Below are positions 1-33,901 of a DNA stretch of 64,000 nt, piece by piece; within the stretch, counting starts at the first letter, position 1, and every line of letters starts with the position of its first letter. A program made the translations under genes and the position numbers. The notes under the pieces are model-generated. The model was not told where the DNA came from. It searched no databases and worked only from the letters and a program-made list of their open reading frames with translations. The DNA lies in the NCBI RefSeq assembly GCF_009914755.1, contig NC_060933.1, one strand, 5' to 3'. The DNA is from the human T2T-CHM13v2.0 reference genome, Homo sapiens.

Positions 1-2195
<2,195 letters not shown>

Positions 2196-2551
2196 CCAAG
2201 ACCCAGAGGAGCCCCAGGCCAATTACTCTCAGTTAGACTTTCTGGGAGTAGGGCTGGGAAATTTAAAAATGTTTAAACTCTCCAGGTGATTCCAGTGTGC
2301 AGGCATAGCTGGGGTTTGCCACTCTGGGAGGACCAAAGAAACCAACAGACAAACCCACTGCCGATGGAACTGGAGCCTTACACAGAACTATAAAGACACC
2401 AAAAAAATGGCCTCTGACTTCACCCTTAAGAGACTTCCCATCTTCCTGCTCCAGGTCCCTTGAGGCTTGCCTGCTTCCTCATCCTTTCTAAGCCTGGTTC
2501 TCTAGTCCTTTCATTTTGGGAACAACATGTGGCCATTAAATTTCCTTTTGT

Positions 2552-3210
<659 letters not shown>

Positions 3211-3494
3211 TCCATTTGTGTAAGTTAGACTACAATTTAAAAACCCAATATATTTATCTTCAGAAAGTCATCATTAAGTTAAGTCTCATACTGAAAAATC
3301 TAATCATGGCTTAGATTTTTTTCTAAGCTCTGAAGGCACAGAAAATCCAATCCAAACTTCTTAGGACTGCAGCCTCATTAAGGGAAAAATTATTCAGACA
3401 CTTGTTAAAACAGGAAGAAAGACTATTCAGGACTATTGATATTGGTGTCAAGACAGCCACAATCAGGGAGAGAGATTAAATTTAACTCTGAATA

Positions 3495-4481
<987 letters not shown>

Positions 4482-5403
4482 TTAAGAGGGGAACTGGAGT
4501 GGGTGTTGGGGGCAGGGATTCTTGCTAAACTGATTTAGTAAGATTTTTGCTGAAGGGAGGCCAGAGAATCAGATATCTAGGGCGGAGGGTTAATTCTCTC
4601 CAAACTGGTGTGGTAGTATCTTTGCTATGTTGAGACTCAGAAATCAATTCCCCAAAATGAAGGCCTCAGAAGCGAAAGTTTTTCTCTGACCTTTTCCTTC
4701 CCTCTTTTTCTCATTTTCCCTCTCCCCCAAGGCTAGCCATAGAAAACAATCCCTCTTCCCCAAGGGGGTCGTAGAAACCTGAACGCTGTTTCTCCAAAGC
4801 CAGTCAAAAAACCTAAAAATATTACTCTAACTCTCCCACCACCAACCCACCTTTCTGTGTAAAAACTGGTCAGAAGGAAATTATCTGGGCCTGGGGTGGT
4901 GGCTCATGCCTGTAATCCTAGCACTTTGGGAAGCTGAGGCAGGAGGACTGGTTGAGCCCAGGAGTTCCAATCAAACCTGGGCAACATAGTGAGACCCTGT
5001 CTCTTTAAAATATTTATTTTAATTAAAAAGATATTTAAAAAATAAATTATCTGACCTATCTTATTTGACTGTATGTCATAAGACCCCCATTCCAGAAAGG
5101 GTCCTGCCCCACATGCAGAAGGAAGGAAGGCTGCTCAGAGAGGGCAAGAAGAATCTAGATAGACAGGCTTGCTGGGTTTCCCCACTCAGTCTAATTGCAA
5201 TAGACCATACTCCTTCTGTCCTATCATATTTCTGCATGGCTGTGCATTGTGAGGAACTTAAGCATAAAAATGGACACTTTCCCCTGTATCCTTGGGTCCT
5301 CATTCTGAAGACTCACGTCTCACATAAAGCTATGATCAAATAAATTTGTATGCCTATTCTCCTATTAATCTGCATCTTGTCAGTGATTTTCAGCAAACCT
5401 TCA

Positions 5404-6528
<1,125 letters not shown>

Positions 6529-6801
6529 TTCAGAGAGTGAAGGGGAAGTTTTCCCTTGGCCTCAACAGCTTCCACTGGAGTTGTCAGGCTAAAGACAGGA
6601 CCCAGAATGAGGCCTAGACAAAAAGAGGATTCAGAGGTGCCTGACTCAGGTTCAGCCTCCAATCTCTGTTTCCACCACTTTTCACCCTTTACGCTCTTGC
6701 AACAAACAGTTTGTGTGTATACACACAACTACATGCCACATCTTTGACCATGTGGTTTTCTATGCTTAAGCTATTTTTCTGTCTTTTGGTCTACAACTCA
6801 C

Positions 6802-7875
<1,074 letters not shown>

Positions 7876-8297
7876 GGACATTACACTACAAGAAAATTAA
7901 GACCTCACAAATATAGATGCAAAACTCTGATAAAATATTAGCAGATCTACTTTGGCAATACGTTTATAGGATTGAGTTTATCATGGCCAAGTGGGCTTAT
8001 CCTAGAAATAAGGTTTAGCATTCAAAAGTCAATTATTATAATTCTTTATATTGAAAAAAGAAGAAAAACGTGATCATTTCAGTTAATGTATAAAAATCTT
8101 TTTACAGAATTAAACACCCATTCAGGATAAAAATCTCAGCAAACTAGGAATAGAGGGGATCATCCTCAACTTGATAAATACCATCTGCAAAAATCCTGGA
8201 GTTAACATATCAGAAAAAGAGAAAAGCTAACTCAGACACTACCAGTTTGGGCTCAGTGCCAATACCTGGCTGCCATATCTACAGTTAACTTAGCACT

Positions 8298-11213
<2,916 letters not shown>

Positions 11214-11341
11214 GCACTTATCATTTGTAGTGATAATATATGTTTACATGTATCACCCATTTTCTAGTGTCTGTAAACCTGTGTTTAACATCTGCATATG
11301 TCAGACATGCATTGTTCTAGACAACCAGATATTATGTTTGA

Positions 11342-11920
<579 letters not shown>

Positions 11921-12054
11921 TAGTAGAGACTGGGTTTCACCATGTTGGCTAGGCTGGTCTCAAACTCCTGACCTCAAGTGATCCATCTACCTTGGCCTCC
12001 CAAAGTATTGGGATTACAGGTATGAGCCACCCCGCACCAGGCCGATCACACTTT

Positions 12055-13565
<1,511 letters not shown>

Positions 13566-13637
13566 TGATCCACCCGCCTCAGCCTCCCAAAGTGCTGGGA
13601 TTACAGGCGTGAGCCACCGCGCCCGGCCTTATAATTA

Positions 13638-14290
<653 letters not shown>

Positions 14291-14858
14291 TCACCTGAGT
14301 TAAGGAGTTAAATACCAGCCTGGCCAACATGGTGAAACCCTGTCTCTACAAAAATACAAAAATTAGTCGGGCATGATGGCAGGTGCCTGTAGTTCCAGCT
14401 GCTTGGAAGGCTGAGGGCAGGAACATCGCTGGAACCCAGGAGGCAGAGGTTGCAGTGAACCCAGACTGCACCATTGCATTCCAGCCTGGGCGACAGAGGG
14501 AGACTCCAGCCCACCCCACCCCCCCGCAAAAAAAAGGCTGGGCGCAGTGGCTTATGGCTCACACCTGTAATCCCAGCACTTCGGGAGGCTGAGGTGGGCG
14601 GATTACCTGAGGTCAGGAGTTGAGACCAGCCTGGCCAACATGGTGAAACCCTGTCTCTACTAAAAATGCAAAAATTAGCTGGGTGTGGTGGCACACGCCT
14701 GTAATCCCAGCTACTCAGGAGGCTGAGGCAAGAGAATCGCTTGAACCTGGGAGGAGGAGGTTGCAGTAAGCCAAGACATGCCACTGCATTCCAGCCTGGG
14801 TGACAAGAGTGAAACTTTGTCTCAAAAAAAAAACAAAAAAAAAGGGAGAGAGGGAGAC

Positions 14859-15539
14859 TGGAACTGCTCAGTGGGGTTCACCTTGCCTGCTGCCTAGACA
14901 AAGCCAATATATCAAGACAGGGGAATTGCAAAACAGAGTAATTCACGCAGAGCTGGCTGTGAGGGAGACCAGAGCTGTATTATTACTCAATTCAGTCTTC
15001 CAGAGTATTTAGGGATCAGAGTTTTTAAGGACAACTTGGTGGGTGGGGGAAAGCCAGTGAGCCGGGAGTGCTGATTGGTCAGGGGTGAAATCTTAGGGAA
15101 TCTGAGATGTCTTCTTGGATTGAGTCTGTTCCTGGTTGGGGGCCACAAGATCAGATGAGCCAGTTTATTGATCTGGGTGGTGCCAGCTGATCCATCAAGT
15201 ACAGGGCCTGCAAAATATCTCAAGCACTGATATTAGGAGCAGTTTAGGGAGGGTCAGAATCTTGTAGCCTCCAGCTACCTGACTCCTAAATGGTAATTTC
15301 CAATCTTGTGGCTAATGTTAGTCCTAAAAGGCAATCTAGTCTCCAGGCAAGAAGGAGGTTTGTTTTGGGAAAGGGTTGTTTTCGTCTTTGTTTTAAACTA
15401 TAAACTGAATTTCTCCCAAAGTTAGCTCAGCCTACACTCAGGAATGAACAAGGACAGCTTACAGGTTAGAAGCAAGATGGAGTCAGTTAAGTTAGATCTT
15501 TTTCACTGTCTCAGTGATAATTTTGCAAACGTAGTTTCA
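14859..15539 (-). mobile_element. LTR8-type solo LTR copy 2
   Basis: Reverse complement of copy 1, uninterrupted ~680 bp; 4-bp TSD AGAC (14855-14858 / 15540-15543). Confidence 0.88.
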
Positions 15540-16130
15540 AGACCTTTGTGTAGTGTGGATACCTGGCATGGTACATGAGCCCAGAAGAGTTATTTAAATG
15601 TGGTTAAACTAAAGACAAATACATACATTTCTTGGATATAACATTGTATCAAAAAAAAATTAAGAAAGTTTGAATAAATTTAAATATTAAATAATAGTTT
15701 GTTGACTATGAGGCAAAAAGAAAATCCAGGGAACTCACCACGCAGTCATCCCTGTGGTCCTGAGGTTCCTGGTCAGTCTGCTGTTCTCTGTCCTTCAAGT
15801 CTTGATGTTTGTTTCATATATAGTACCCAGGACTGTCAGTTGTACTTAGTATGAGGAATAAGGAAACTACCACAACCCACACATATGAAATAGATAATTT
15901 GAATAGCTGCATAACTATTAAAGAAATTGAATTCATAATTTTAAAACTCCAAAAAGGAAAAATTCAGGGCCAGATGGTTTCATTGGAGACTCCTGCCAAA
16001 TGCTTAAAAAGTTAACACCAGTTGTACACAATCTCTTTTAGAAAATAGAGGAGAAGGGAATATTTCCCAATGCATTTTATGAAGTTAATATCTGCCTAAT
16101 GCCAAAATCAAAGAAAATATTTAAAAATAG

Positions 16131-18135
<2,005 letters not shown>

Positions 18136-18683
18136 AGATAGCATAATTTTCTATGTAGAAAATCTCAAGGTAATTAAAAAAAAAAACTTCCTAGAATTAA
18201 TGTAGAAGTCAATTGTATTTCTACATACAAGCATGAACATGAAGGCATCAAAATTAACAATGGAATACTTCCATTTAAAATCACTCAAAAAGTACTCAGG
18301 TATAAATATAGCAAAATAAGTACATGACTTACGTGCTAAAAACTACACAAATTTCAGGAAAGACATCAAAGAAGCTCTAAAGAAATGAGGAGACATACTA
18401 TCCTGATGGATTAAAAGACTGAACATAGTAAAAATGGCAATTCTTTCCAAGTTGATATACAGGTATAATGAAATTCCTATCAAAATCGCAGCAAGATTAC
18501 CTGTAGATATAGGCAAGATTATTCTAAAATGTGTGTGGAAAGACAAAGGAACTAGAATAGCTAAAGCAATTTTGAAAAAGAATAAAATAGGAGCAATTAG
18601 TTTACTTGATTTCAAGACTCATAATATAGCTACAGCAATCAAGTTGTTTGGTATTGGTAGAGGGATAGAGACATAGATTAAAG

Positions 18684-18740
18684 TAACATAACATAACATA
18701 ACATAACATAACATAACATAACATAACATAACATAACATA
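18684..18740 (+). repeat. (TAACA)n pentanucleotide microsatellite, ~11 perfect units
   Basis: Directly visible. Confidence 0.95.
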
Positions 18741-18901
18741 GACCTAGGAATAGACCCACATAAATATGCCCAACCGACTGGGCAAAAGCAATTCAACAGA
18801 GGAAAGATAACCTCTTCAAAAGATGGTACTGGAGCAATTGGACATTAAAAAGCAAAAAAATAAATCTCGGCCAAGTTTCATACCTTATAGAAAAACTCAA
18901 G

Positions 18902-21078
<2,177 letters not shown>

Positions 21079-22226
21079 GGCTGGGCACAGTGGCTCACGC
21101 CTGTATTCCCAGCACTTTGGGAGGCTGAGGCGGGCGATCACCTGAGGTCAGGAGTTTGAGACCAGCCAGGCAAACATGGTGAAACCCGGTCTCTACTAAA
21201 AATACAAAAATTAGCTGGGTGTGGTGGCAGGCACCTGTAATCCCAGCTATTTGGGAGGCTGAGGCAGGAGATCGCACCATTGCACTCCAGCCTGGGCGAC
21301 AGAGCAAAACTGTCTCAAAAAAAAAACAAAAAAAAAAAACAGCAGCCTGGGCGGTGGCTCATGCCTGTAATCCCAGAACTTTGGGAGGCCTCTAAGTCTT
21401 CAACTCCTATTAACACGACATCATCATTAGCACAACATCACCCCAAGTCCTCTGGCCAGGCATGGTTCCTTTTGTGCAGATGATCTGGGAAGTACCCACT
21501 GATGTATTCCCACCACGAACACCCAGATTTCCTTGTTCTGCAGTGGTTCACTCTCAACCCAGGAATCTGAAGCAATAATTTCTAAATCATGTAGTTTGAG
21601 GGGGAGAGGTGATGACAATGTTGACATATTTAATTGATAACTAAGGCATAGAAAAATCAGCTAAACTTGGGCCATTTTTTCATATGTAGGTAACAGCTAC
21701 ACACACACGCGTGCGCACATGGTACATTCACATATGGGCATGCTCAACAGGTTTTTAACTGCCCAAACACACTTGGAATTCATCTGTGTAGAACATTCCA
21801 ACACTCCTGCCTCAAAGGATGATCAGAAGACTGAAGATAATGAACACAGTTCTTGGCCTTTGGTTTGCAAAATAGGCTTCTGAGATCTCAAGGCAGAGAT
21901 TTTAGTTTGAGACAACAAAGTTTTGAAGTCTGCAAGGTCTGTTTGAGACTCAAATGCCAAATTTCTTTTTTCTTTTCTTTTTTTTTCTCTTAAATGTCAA
22001 ATCTCTAAAGATATATCTACTTTAGGAATATGGAAAGATTGGATGAGATCAGCGCTCTCCTGTCCCGTGATAAAGATCCCTTCCTCTGCCTGGGCAGGAG
22101 AAAGTTGGTGATGCCATGAAAGGTGGAGGGCTTTGGATCAGGGCATGAGAGTGTTTGTTCTCTAGGAGTTAGTGTGTTGGCTGAGTCTTGGGGTGTCCCT
22201 TCTGTCCTGGCCTGGCTACACCTTAA

Positions 22227-22343
22227 CTCATTTATGCTGGAGGTTGCAATTTTTTGTGTGAAAAGTCAGATCTTGGCAATGATCTTGAGCAGTAGGATAT
22301 AAATAACTCCCACAAGCTTAGAGTTCCAATAATGGAACACTAG
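22227..22343 (-). mobile_element. MER85, PiggyBac (PGBD3)-derived MITE
   Basis: Flanked by TTAA (22223-22226, 22344-22347); one TIR ctcatttatgc; internal palindrome GTTCCAATAATGGAAC 22323-22338; matches remembered MER85 consensus. Confidence 0.88.
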
Positions 22344-22918
22344 TTAAGTATTATCTGGGATGTGTATTATCTGCTGGAATGCCAAGGCTCCCCTGTCTGT
22401 GCCCCAGCCTTTGTGCAGCCCTCAGACTCATCGTGACACCGAGAGAGGTTGTGGGCAGGCCTAGCATCCCCACTGAAGCTGGGCACTTATCATGTACACT
22501 CTGACTATAGTCAGTAGATGACCTAGTCTTGGAGGAAAACTGTGAAAGTAACCACCCCTCAAGGTCACTGTTTGAAAGCACTGTGGTTTCTTAGATTTAA
22601 TCTATTCTATTACATGCTGGTGATTTATGGTTTTCACATCAAAGAAGTGAGCACTTACACTTTATACCCTCAGGGCAAATCTGGCCAGGGGAGGAGGGGA
22701 TTGGTTGGTCTCTCACACACAGGAACAGACAGTCTCAAACACAGATGCACATGGAGAACTAGTAATCCTTTGGAAAGCTTGTCTTTTGTTTTAAGGAAAT
22801 TATCTGTGGGCTAGCTATATAAACTAACATTTACACTTGATAGAGAATGAAAGTGGAATATTTTGATTATTTGACATTGTGAGCCATATGAAAAACATGT
22901 TTAAAGACAAAATAGGCG

Positions 22919-23990
<1,072 letters not shown>

Positions 23991-24342
23991 AGGAAAATAA
24001 ATACCATAAACAAAATAAAAACCGAAATAAAAAATTGGTTAAAAATTTTGCTACATATGTGACAACAGACTAATATTCTTCAACATGTAAGGAGTTCCTG
24101 TAAATCAAGGAAAAAAGACAAAATCCAAATAGATTAGACCACAACATGGACAATTTACAAGAAATAAATTTCCAATTTTTTTTGTTTTATTCTCTTAACA
24201 GCTTTTTTGAGATACATTTCATGTACTATATACTTTACTCATTTAAATCATACAATTCAGCTTTTATATATTCATACTTATGCATCTATTATCATAATCA
24301 ATTTTGGAATATTTTTATTACTCCAGAAAGAAATGTAAGCAC

Positions 24343-25537
24343 TTGACAAGTTCTTCCTGCCCATTGTGTAACTGCCCAGCGGGTTCACCTTGCCCTCTGC
24401 CTAGACAGAGCTGATTTATTAAGACAGGGGAATGGCAATACAGAAAGAGTAATTCACTCAGAGCCAGCTGTCCAGGAGACTAGAGTGTTATTATTACTCA
24501 AATCAGTCTCCCTGAGCATTCAGGGAGCAGAGTTTTTAAGGACAATTTTGTGGGTTGGGAAAAGCCGGTGAGCTGGGAGTGCTGATTGGTAGGGGATGAA
24601 ATCACTGGGAGTGAGAGCTGTCTTCTTGGACTGAGTCAGTTCCTGGTTGGGGAAAATAAGATCAGATGAGCCAGTTTATTGATCTGGGTGGAGCCAGCTG
24701 ACACATCAAGTGCAGGGTCTGCAAAATATCTCAAGCTCTGATCTTAGGAGCAACTTAGAGAGGGTCAGAATCTTGTAGCCTCCAGCTGCATGACTCCTAA
24801 ACCATAATTTCTAATCTTATGGCTAACGTTAGTCCTACAAAGGCAGTCTAGTCCCCAGGCAAGAAGGAGGTCTGCTTTGGGAAAAGGACTATTAGGGTCT
24901 TTGTTTTAAACTATAAACTTTAAACTATAAACTATAAATTAAGTTTTTCCCAAAGTTAGTTCAGCCTACCCCCAGGAATGAACAAGGACAGCTTGGAGAT
25001 TAGAAGCAAGATGGAGTTGGTTAGGTTAGATCTCTTTCACTGTCTCAGTCATAATTTTACAAAGATGGTTTCAATTGCAAAGACAAAATTATAATAATTC
25101 ACTGAGACCACGAAATTGCAGTAAAGGAAGACTTCAATTGATGTGAGGCTGGTCACATCACATGAGAGACGGAGTTACTACTCAAATCAATATTACCAAA
25201 GGCTTAAAGGTTAGGGTGTTTTAAAGATAGTTCGGTGGGCAGGGAGTGAGGTTATAGGTGCTGATGATTGGTTGAGGATTCAATCATAGGGGTATGGAAA
25301 ATGATCCTTATGTCTGAGTCGGCTTCTTGGTGGGTGCCCCAGGACTGGCTGAGTCATGGGCCTGGGTGGGGCTATCTAGTAGTAAAAAATGCAAAGTCTG
25401 GAAAGACATTTCAAAACGCCAATCTTAGGGTCTACGTAGTGATGTTATTTACAGGAATAATTGGGGAAGTTGCTAATCTTGTGACCTCTGGAATAATGTC
25501 TGGTAGCCATTTAAGTAATTTTGCAAAGGCAGTTTCA
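24343..25537 (-). mobile_element. Older MER4-group LTR (LTR8B/MER4D-like) hosting LTR8 copy 3
   Basis: Ends ...aattttgcaaaggcagtttca; contains ttggggaagttgctaatcttgtgacctctgg; continuous across the ATTG TSD. Confidence 0.55.
24367..25073 (-). mobile_element. LTR8-type solo LTR copy 3
   Basis: tgtaactgccc...ggtttca; 4-bp TSD ATTG (24363-24366 / 25074-25077). Confidence 0.88.
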
Positions 25538-25539
25538 GA

Positions 25540-26120
25540 AACCATGTACTCCTTAGCCATTACCCCTCAATTCCCCATTCCCCCCAGTCCTAGGCATCAA
25601 TATAATTTGTCTCTATGAATTTGTCTTTCAATTCATGAATATAGGATGCTTTTAAACTTATTTTGGACTTTAATTACCTTCAACATTATTTTATTCTTTT
25701 GGAATCTGTTATAAGTAGAATTGTTTTCTTAACTTCATTTTCAGTTTGTTCATTGCTACTGTATAGAAATACAACTGATTTTTATATATTGATCATACAT
25801 CCTAAAACCTTGCTGAACTCATTTATTAGTTCTAAGAGTTTTTTTTTTTTTTTTTTTTTGAGACAGAGTTTCGCTCTTGTTGCCCAGGCTGGAGTGCAAT
25901 GGCACTATCTCCTGAGTAGCTGTGATTACAGGCATGTGCCACCACACACGGCTAATTTTGTATTTTTAGTAGAGATGGGGTTTCTCCGTGTTGGTCAGGC
26001 TGGTCTCGAACTCCTGACCTCAGGTGATCCGCCTGCCTCAGCCTCCCAAAGTGCTGGGATTACAGGCATGAGCCACCGCATCTGGCCTGTTAGTTCTAAG
26101 AGTTTTTTAGAGGATTCCTT
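25540..26120 (-). mobile_element. Old L1 fragments with an internally deleted Alu (25838-26087)
   Basis: gtatagaaatacaactgatttt...ttgctgaactcatttattagttcta; Alu TSD ttagttctaagagtttt. Confidence 0.65.
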
Positions 26121-26376
26121 AGGAACAAATTACTTTTAAATATATGAAAAGAGATCAACTTCTCCTATACTAATAAGATAAATGCAAATCCAGATTACCA
26201 CAGGATATGATAAATTCACCTACTAAATTGGCAGATCTAAAATTTTGATATCATTGTGTAGATGATATCATTGTGTAGGTGTTGTATCTATTAAGACAAA
26301 TACTCATACTTTGTCTTCAGAATTCTGAAACCGCCATTGCAAAAGTATAACCGAGACAGTAGAAGAGATCTAACCT

Positions 26377-28132
<1,756 letters not shown>

Positions 28133-28198
<66 letters not shown>
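28133..28198 (+). repeat. Compound (TA)n(GA)n microsatellite at the L1 tail/TSD junction
   Basis: Directly visible. Confidence 0.95.
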
Positions 28199-28201
<3 letters not shown>

Positions 28202-28780
28202 AACCTAACTAGCTCCATCTTGCTTCTAACCTCCAAGCTGTCCTTGTTCATTCCTGGGGGTAGGCTGAACTAACTTTGGGAATAACTTAGTTTATAGTTT
28301 GAAGCAAAGATGTTAACAGCCCTTTCCCAAAACAAACTCCCTTCTTGCCTGGGAACTAGACTGTCTTTGTAGGACTAACGAATTAGTCAAAAGATTAGAA
28401 ATTATGGTTTAGGAGTCATGCAGCTGGAGTCTACAAGATTCTGACCCTCCCCAGATTGTTCCTGGGGATAACAACACTATTGTAAAACCTAAGATCACTG
28501 CTTGAGATATTTTGCATATCCTGCACTTGATGGACCAGCCAGCACCACCCAGATTGATCAACTGGCTCATCTGATTTTGTGGCCTCCATTCAGGAACTGA
28601 CTCAGCACAAGACTACAGCTTCAACTCCCTATGATTTCATCTCTGACCCAATCGGCACTCCCGAATCACTGGTGCCACCCCTCACTCATCAAATTATTCT
28701 TAAAAACTCTGATCCCCGGCTGGGTGCGGTGGCTCACACCTGTAATCCCAGCACTTTGGGAGGCCGAGGCGGGTGGATCA

Positions 28781-29033
<253 letters not shown>

Positions 29034-29609
29034 TCATGCCTGTATTCCCAGCACTTTGACAGGCTGAGGCTGGCGGATCACGAGGTCGGGAGATCGAGAC
29101 CATCCTGGCTAACACGGTGAAACCCCGTCTCTACTAAAAAAATACAAAAAAATTAGCCGGGTGCAGTGGCGGGCGCCTGTAGTCCCAGCTACTCAGGAGG
29201 CTGAGGCAGGAGAATGGCGGGAATCCAGAAGGCGGAGCTTGCAGTGAGCTGAGATCGCGCCACTGCACTCCAGCCTGGGAGACAGGCGAGACTCTATACC
29301 AAAAAAAAAAAAAAAAATTCTGATCCCCGAATGCCTGGGGAGACTGATTTGAGTAATAATAAAATTCCCATCTCCGTACGGCTCTGTGTGAAATACTCTT
29401 TCTCTATTGCAATTCCCCTGTCTTGATAAATTGGCTCTGTCTAGTCAGCAGTCAAGGTAAACATTTTAGGTGGTTATACATTTATAAACATACACATTTT
29501 ATAAACATTTATAAAATATCCTCCTTCTCAACATAACCATCATCCCACTCCCCAATAAAATAATTATCTGTGATCGTGAAGTACCCAGTTTACTTGCTGT
29601 TTGACAATT

Positions 29610-32310
<2,701 letters not shown>

Positions 32311-33295
32311 TGGCTCCCTCTCCCTTTAATAGAAATGTAAATAACATTTATAGGAGGCCATTGATTTCCACTGAGCTCCTGCACCAGCTCCAACAGACCA
32401 AAGCAAGATGGAGTCCCTCCTGCTAAAGTTTGATGCCACCAAACTAAGTTAACTGACCTGAGAAATCAGGAGAGAGAGAGATAAAAGTCACTCCCAAACA
32501 GGCCAGTTTTAGCTGGCTTGATAAGGGAGTCTCCTCTGCTTCAACCCTTACAAGGAAAGCAACTTTGAACGTACCAATTTGCTTTTGGTTCTTTGTTTCT
32601 GCTTTCTTCATCCTTTTACCTAAGGATTAAGCTCTGATTTTTTTTATCTTGCCCCAATTCCTATCTAAGGGGTCTGCAGAATCGTGCCCTACAAATCATA
32701 TCAGATGGGTTTTATTTAACCCTGTATATCGTGACTTACTTTCCAATCTGACTCTGGCATAACAAGGAAGAAAATCAAAATATTTTACCCCAAATCATGT
32801 TTCTCTGCCATATCTTGAAATGGCCCTGCCAAGCCATGTCTTATGGGAAACATCCACATTCTACAGAGAATCCCCTTTCCCCCTTTTCTTTATTCATTTA
32901 TTTATTTTTTACCTTCCTTCCTTTCCAGATCCAGGAGATAATCAACTAAGAGCCAGGCACCCTTTTAGGTCCAGTAAGAAACATTTTACAACCTGCCCTC
33001 TCTGAATTCTACTATCTGAGAGCTTCTTCTGCACGATAAAACTTGGTCTCCACAATCCTTTATCTTAACCTGAACATTTCCTTTCTACTGATCCCAGGTC
33101 TTCAGATAAACTCAACCAATTGTCAACCAGAAAATGTTTAAATTTACCTATAGCCTGGAAGCCCCCTCTTTGAGTTGTCCCGTCTTTCAGAACCAAACCA
33201 ATGTATTTCTTAAATGTATTTGATTGATGTCTCGTGCCTCCCTAAAATATATAAAATCAAGCTGTGCCCCGACCACCTTGGGCACATGTTCTCAG

Positions 33296-33901
33296 TGTTA
33301 TAAAGTTTCAGTGCCACAAAAGAAATAGCACTCGAATATTAAATTTTCTTTTAATTATCAGCAAGGCAAGGTACTTCTATAGAAGGGTGTGCCCTCACAG
33401 ATGGAGCAATGGTGAGCACACACTTGGACAAGGGAGGGGAAGGGGTTCTTATTCCTGACACCTGCTGCTGTGTCATTCCCCTATTGGCTAGGGTTAGACC
33501 GCATAGGCTAAACTAATTCCGACTGGCTAATTTAAAGAGAGTGACAGGGTGAGTGGTTTGGCGGGAAAAATGTTATCACAGAGCAGGTAATCGGAATGAG
33601 TCAGGGTGGAGCAGGTAATTGGAATGAGTCAGAGTGGAGTAGATAATCAGAATGAGTCAGGGTGGAGTAGGTAATCGAAAAAGGTTGATTTATGAGGAAG
33701 TTTAATTTTGTAAAAATACACAATTCGCCGGGTGTGGTGGTGCACGCCTGTAATCCCAGCCACTCGGGAGGCTGAGGCAGAAGAATCGCTTGAATCAAAA
33801 GGTTGATTTATGAGGAAGTTAATTTTAAAAGTAGAAGGCAAAGAATTGAACATACTGACATATTGACAGTTTGAAAAGAAATTTAGAACTCATATCTAAC
33901 A
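33296..33901 (-). mobile_element. LTR10 (LTR10A/F-like, HERV-IP10) solo LTR with 28-bp AP-1 tandem repeat
   Basis: Reverse complement begins tgttagatatgagttctaaatttcttttcaaa and ends ...actttataaca; TGAGTCA x3; near-TSD TCAG/TCAA. Confidence 0.88.
33581..33677. promoter_or_regulatory. Tandem array of three AP-1 sites (TGAGTCA at 33597, 33625, 33653)
   Basis: Unit gagcaggtaatcggaaTGAGTCAgggtg, period 28 bp, ~3.5 copies. Confidence 0.75.

Noticed and set aside
21391-21650. Unique sequence with a 66-aa ORF as a possible exon or pseudogene
   Set aside because: No recognisable protein similarity or convincing splice-site pair.
33581-33677. 28-bp repeats as a CRISPR-like array
   Set aside because: Head-to-tail units without unique spacers, inside a primate LTR.
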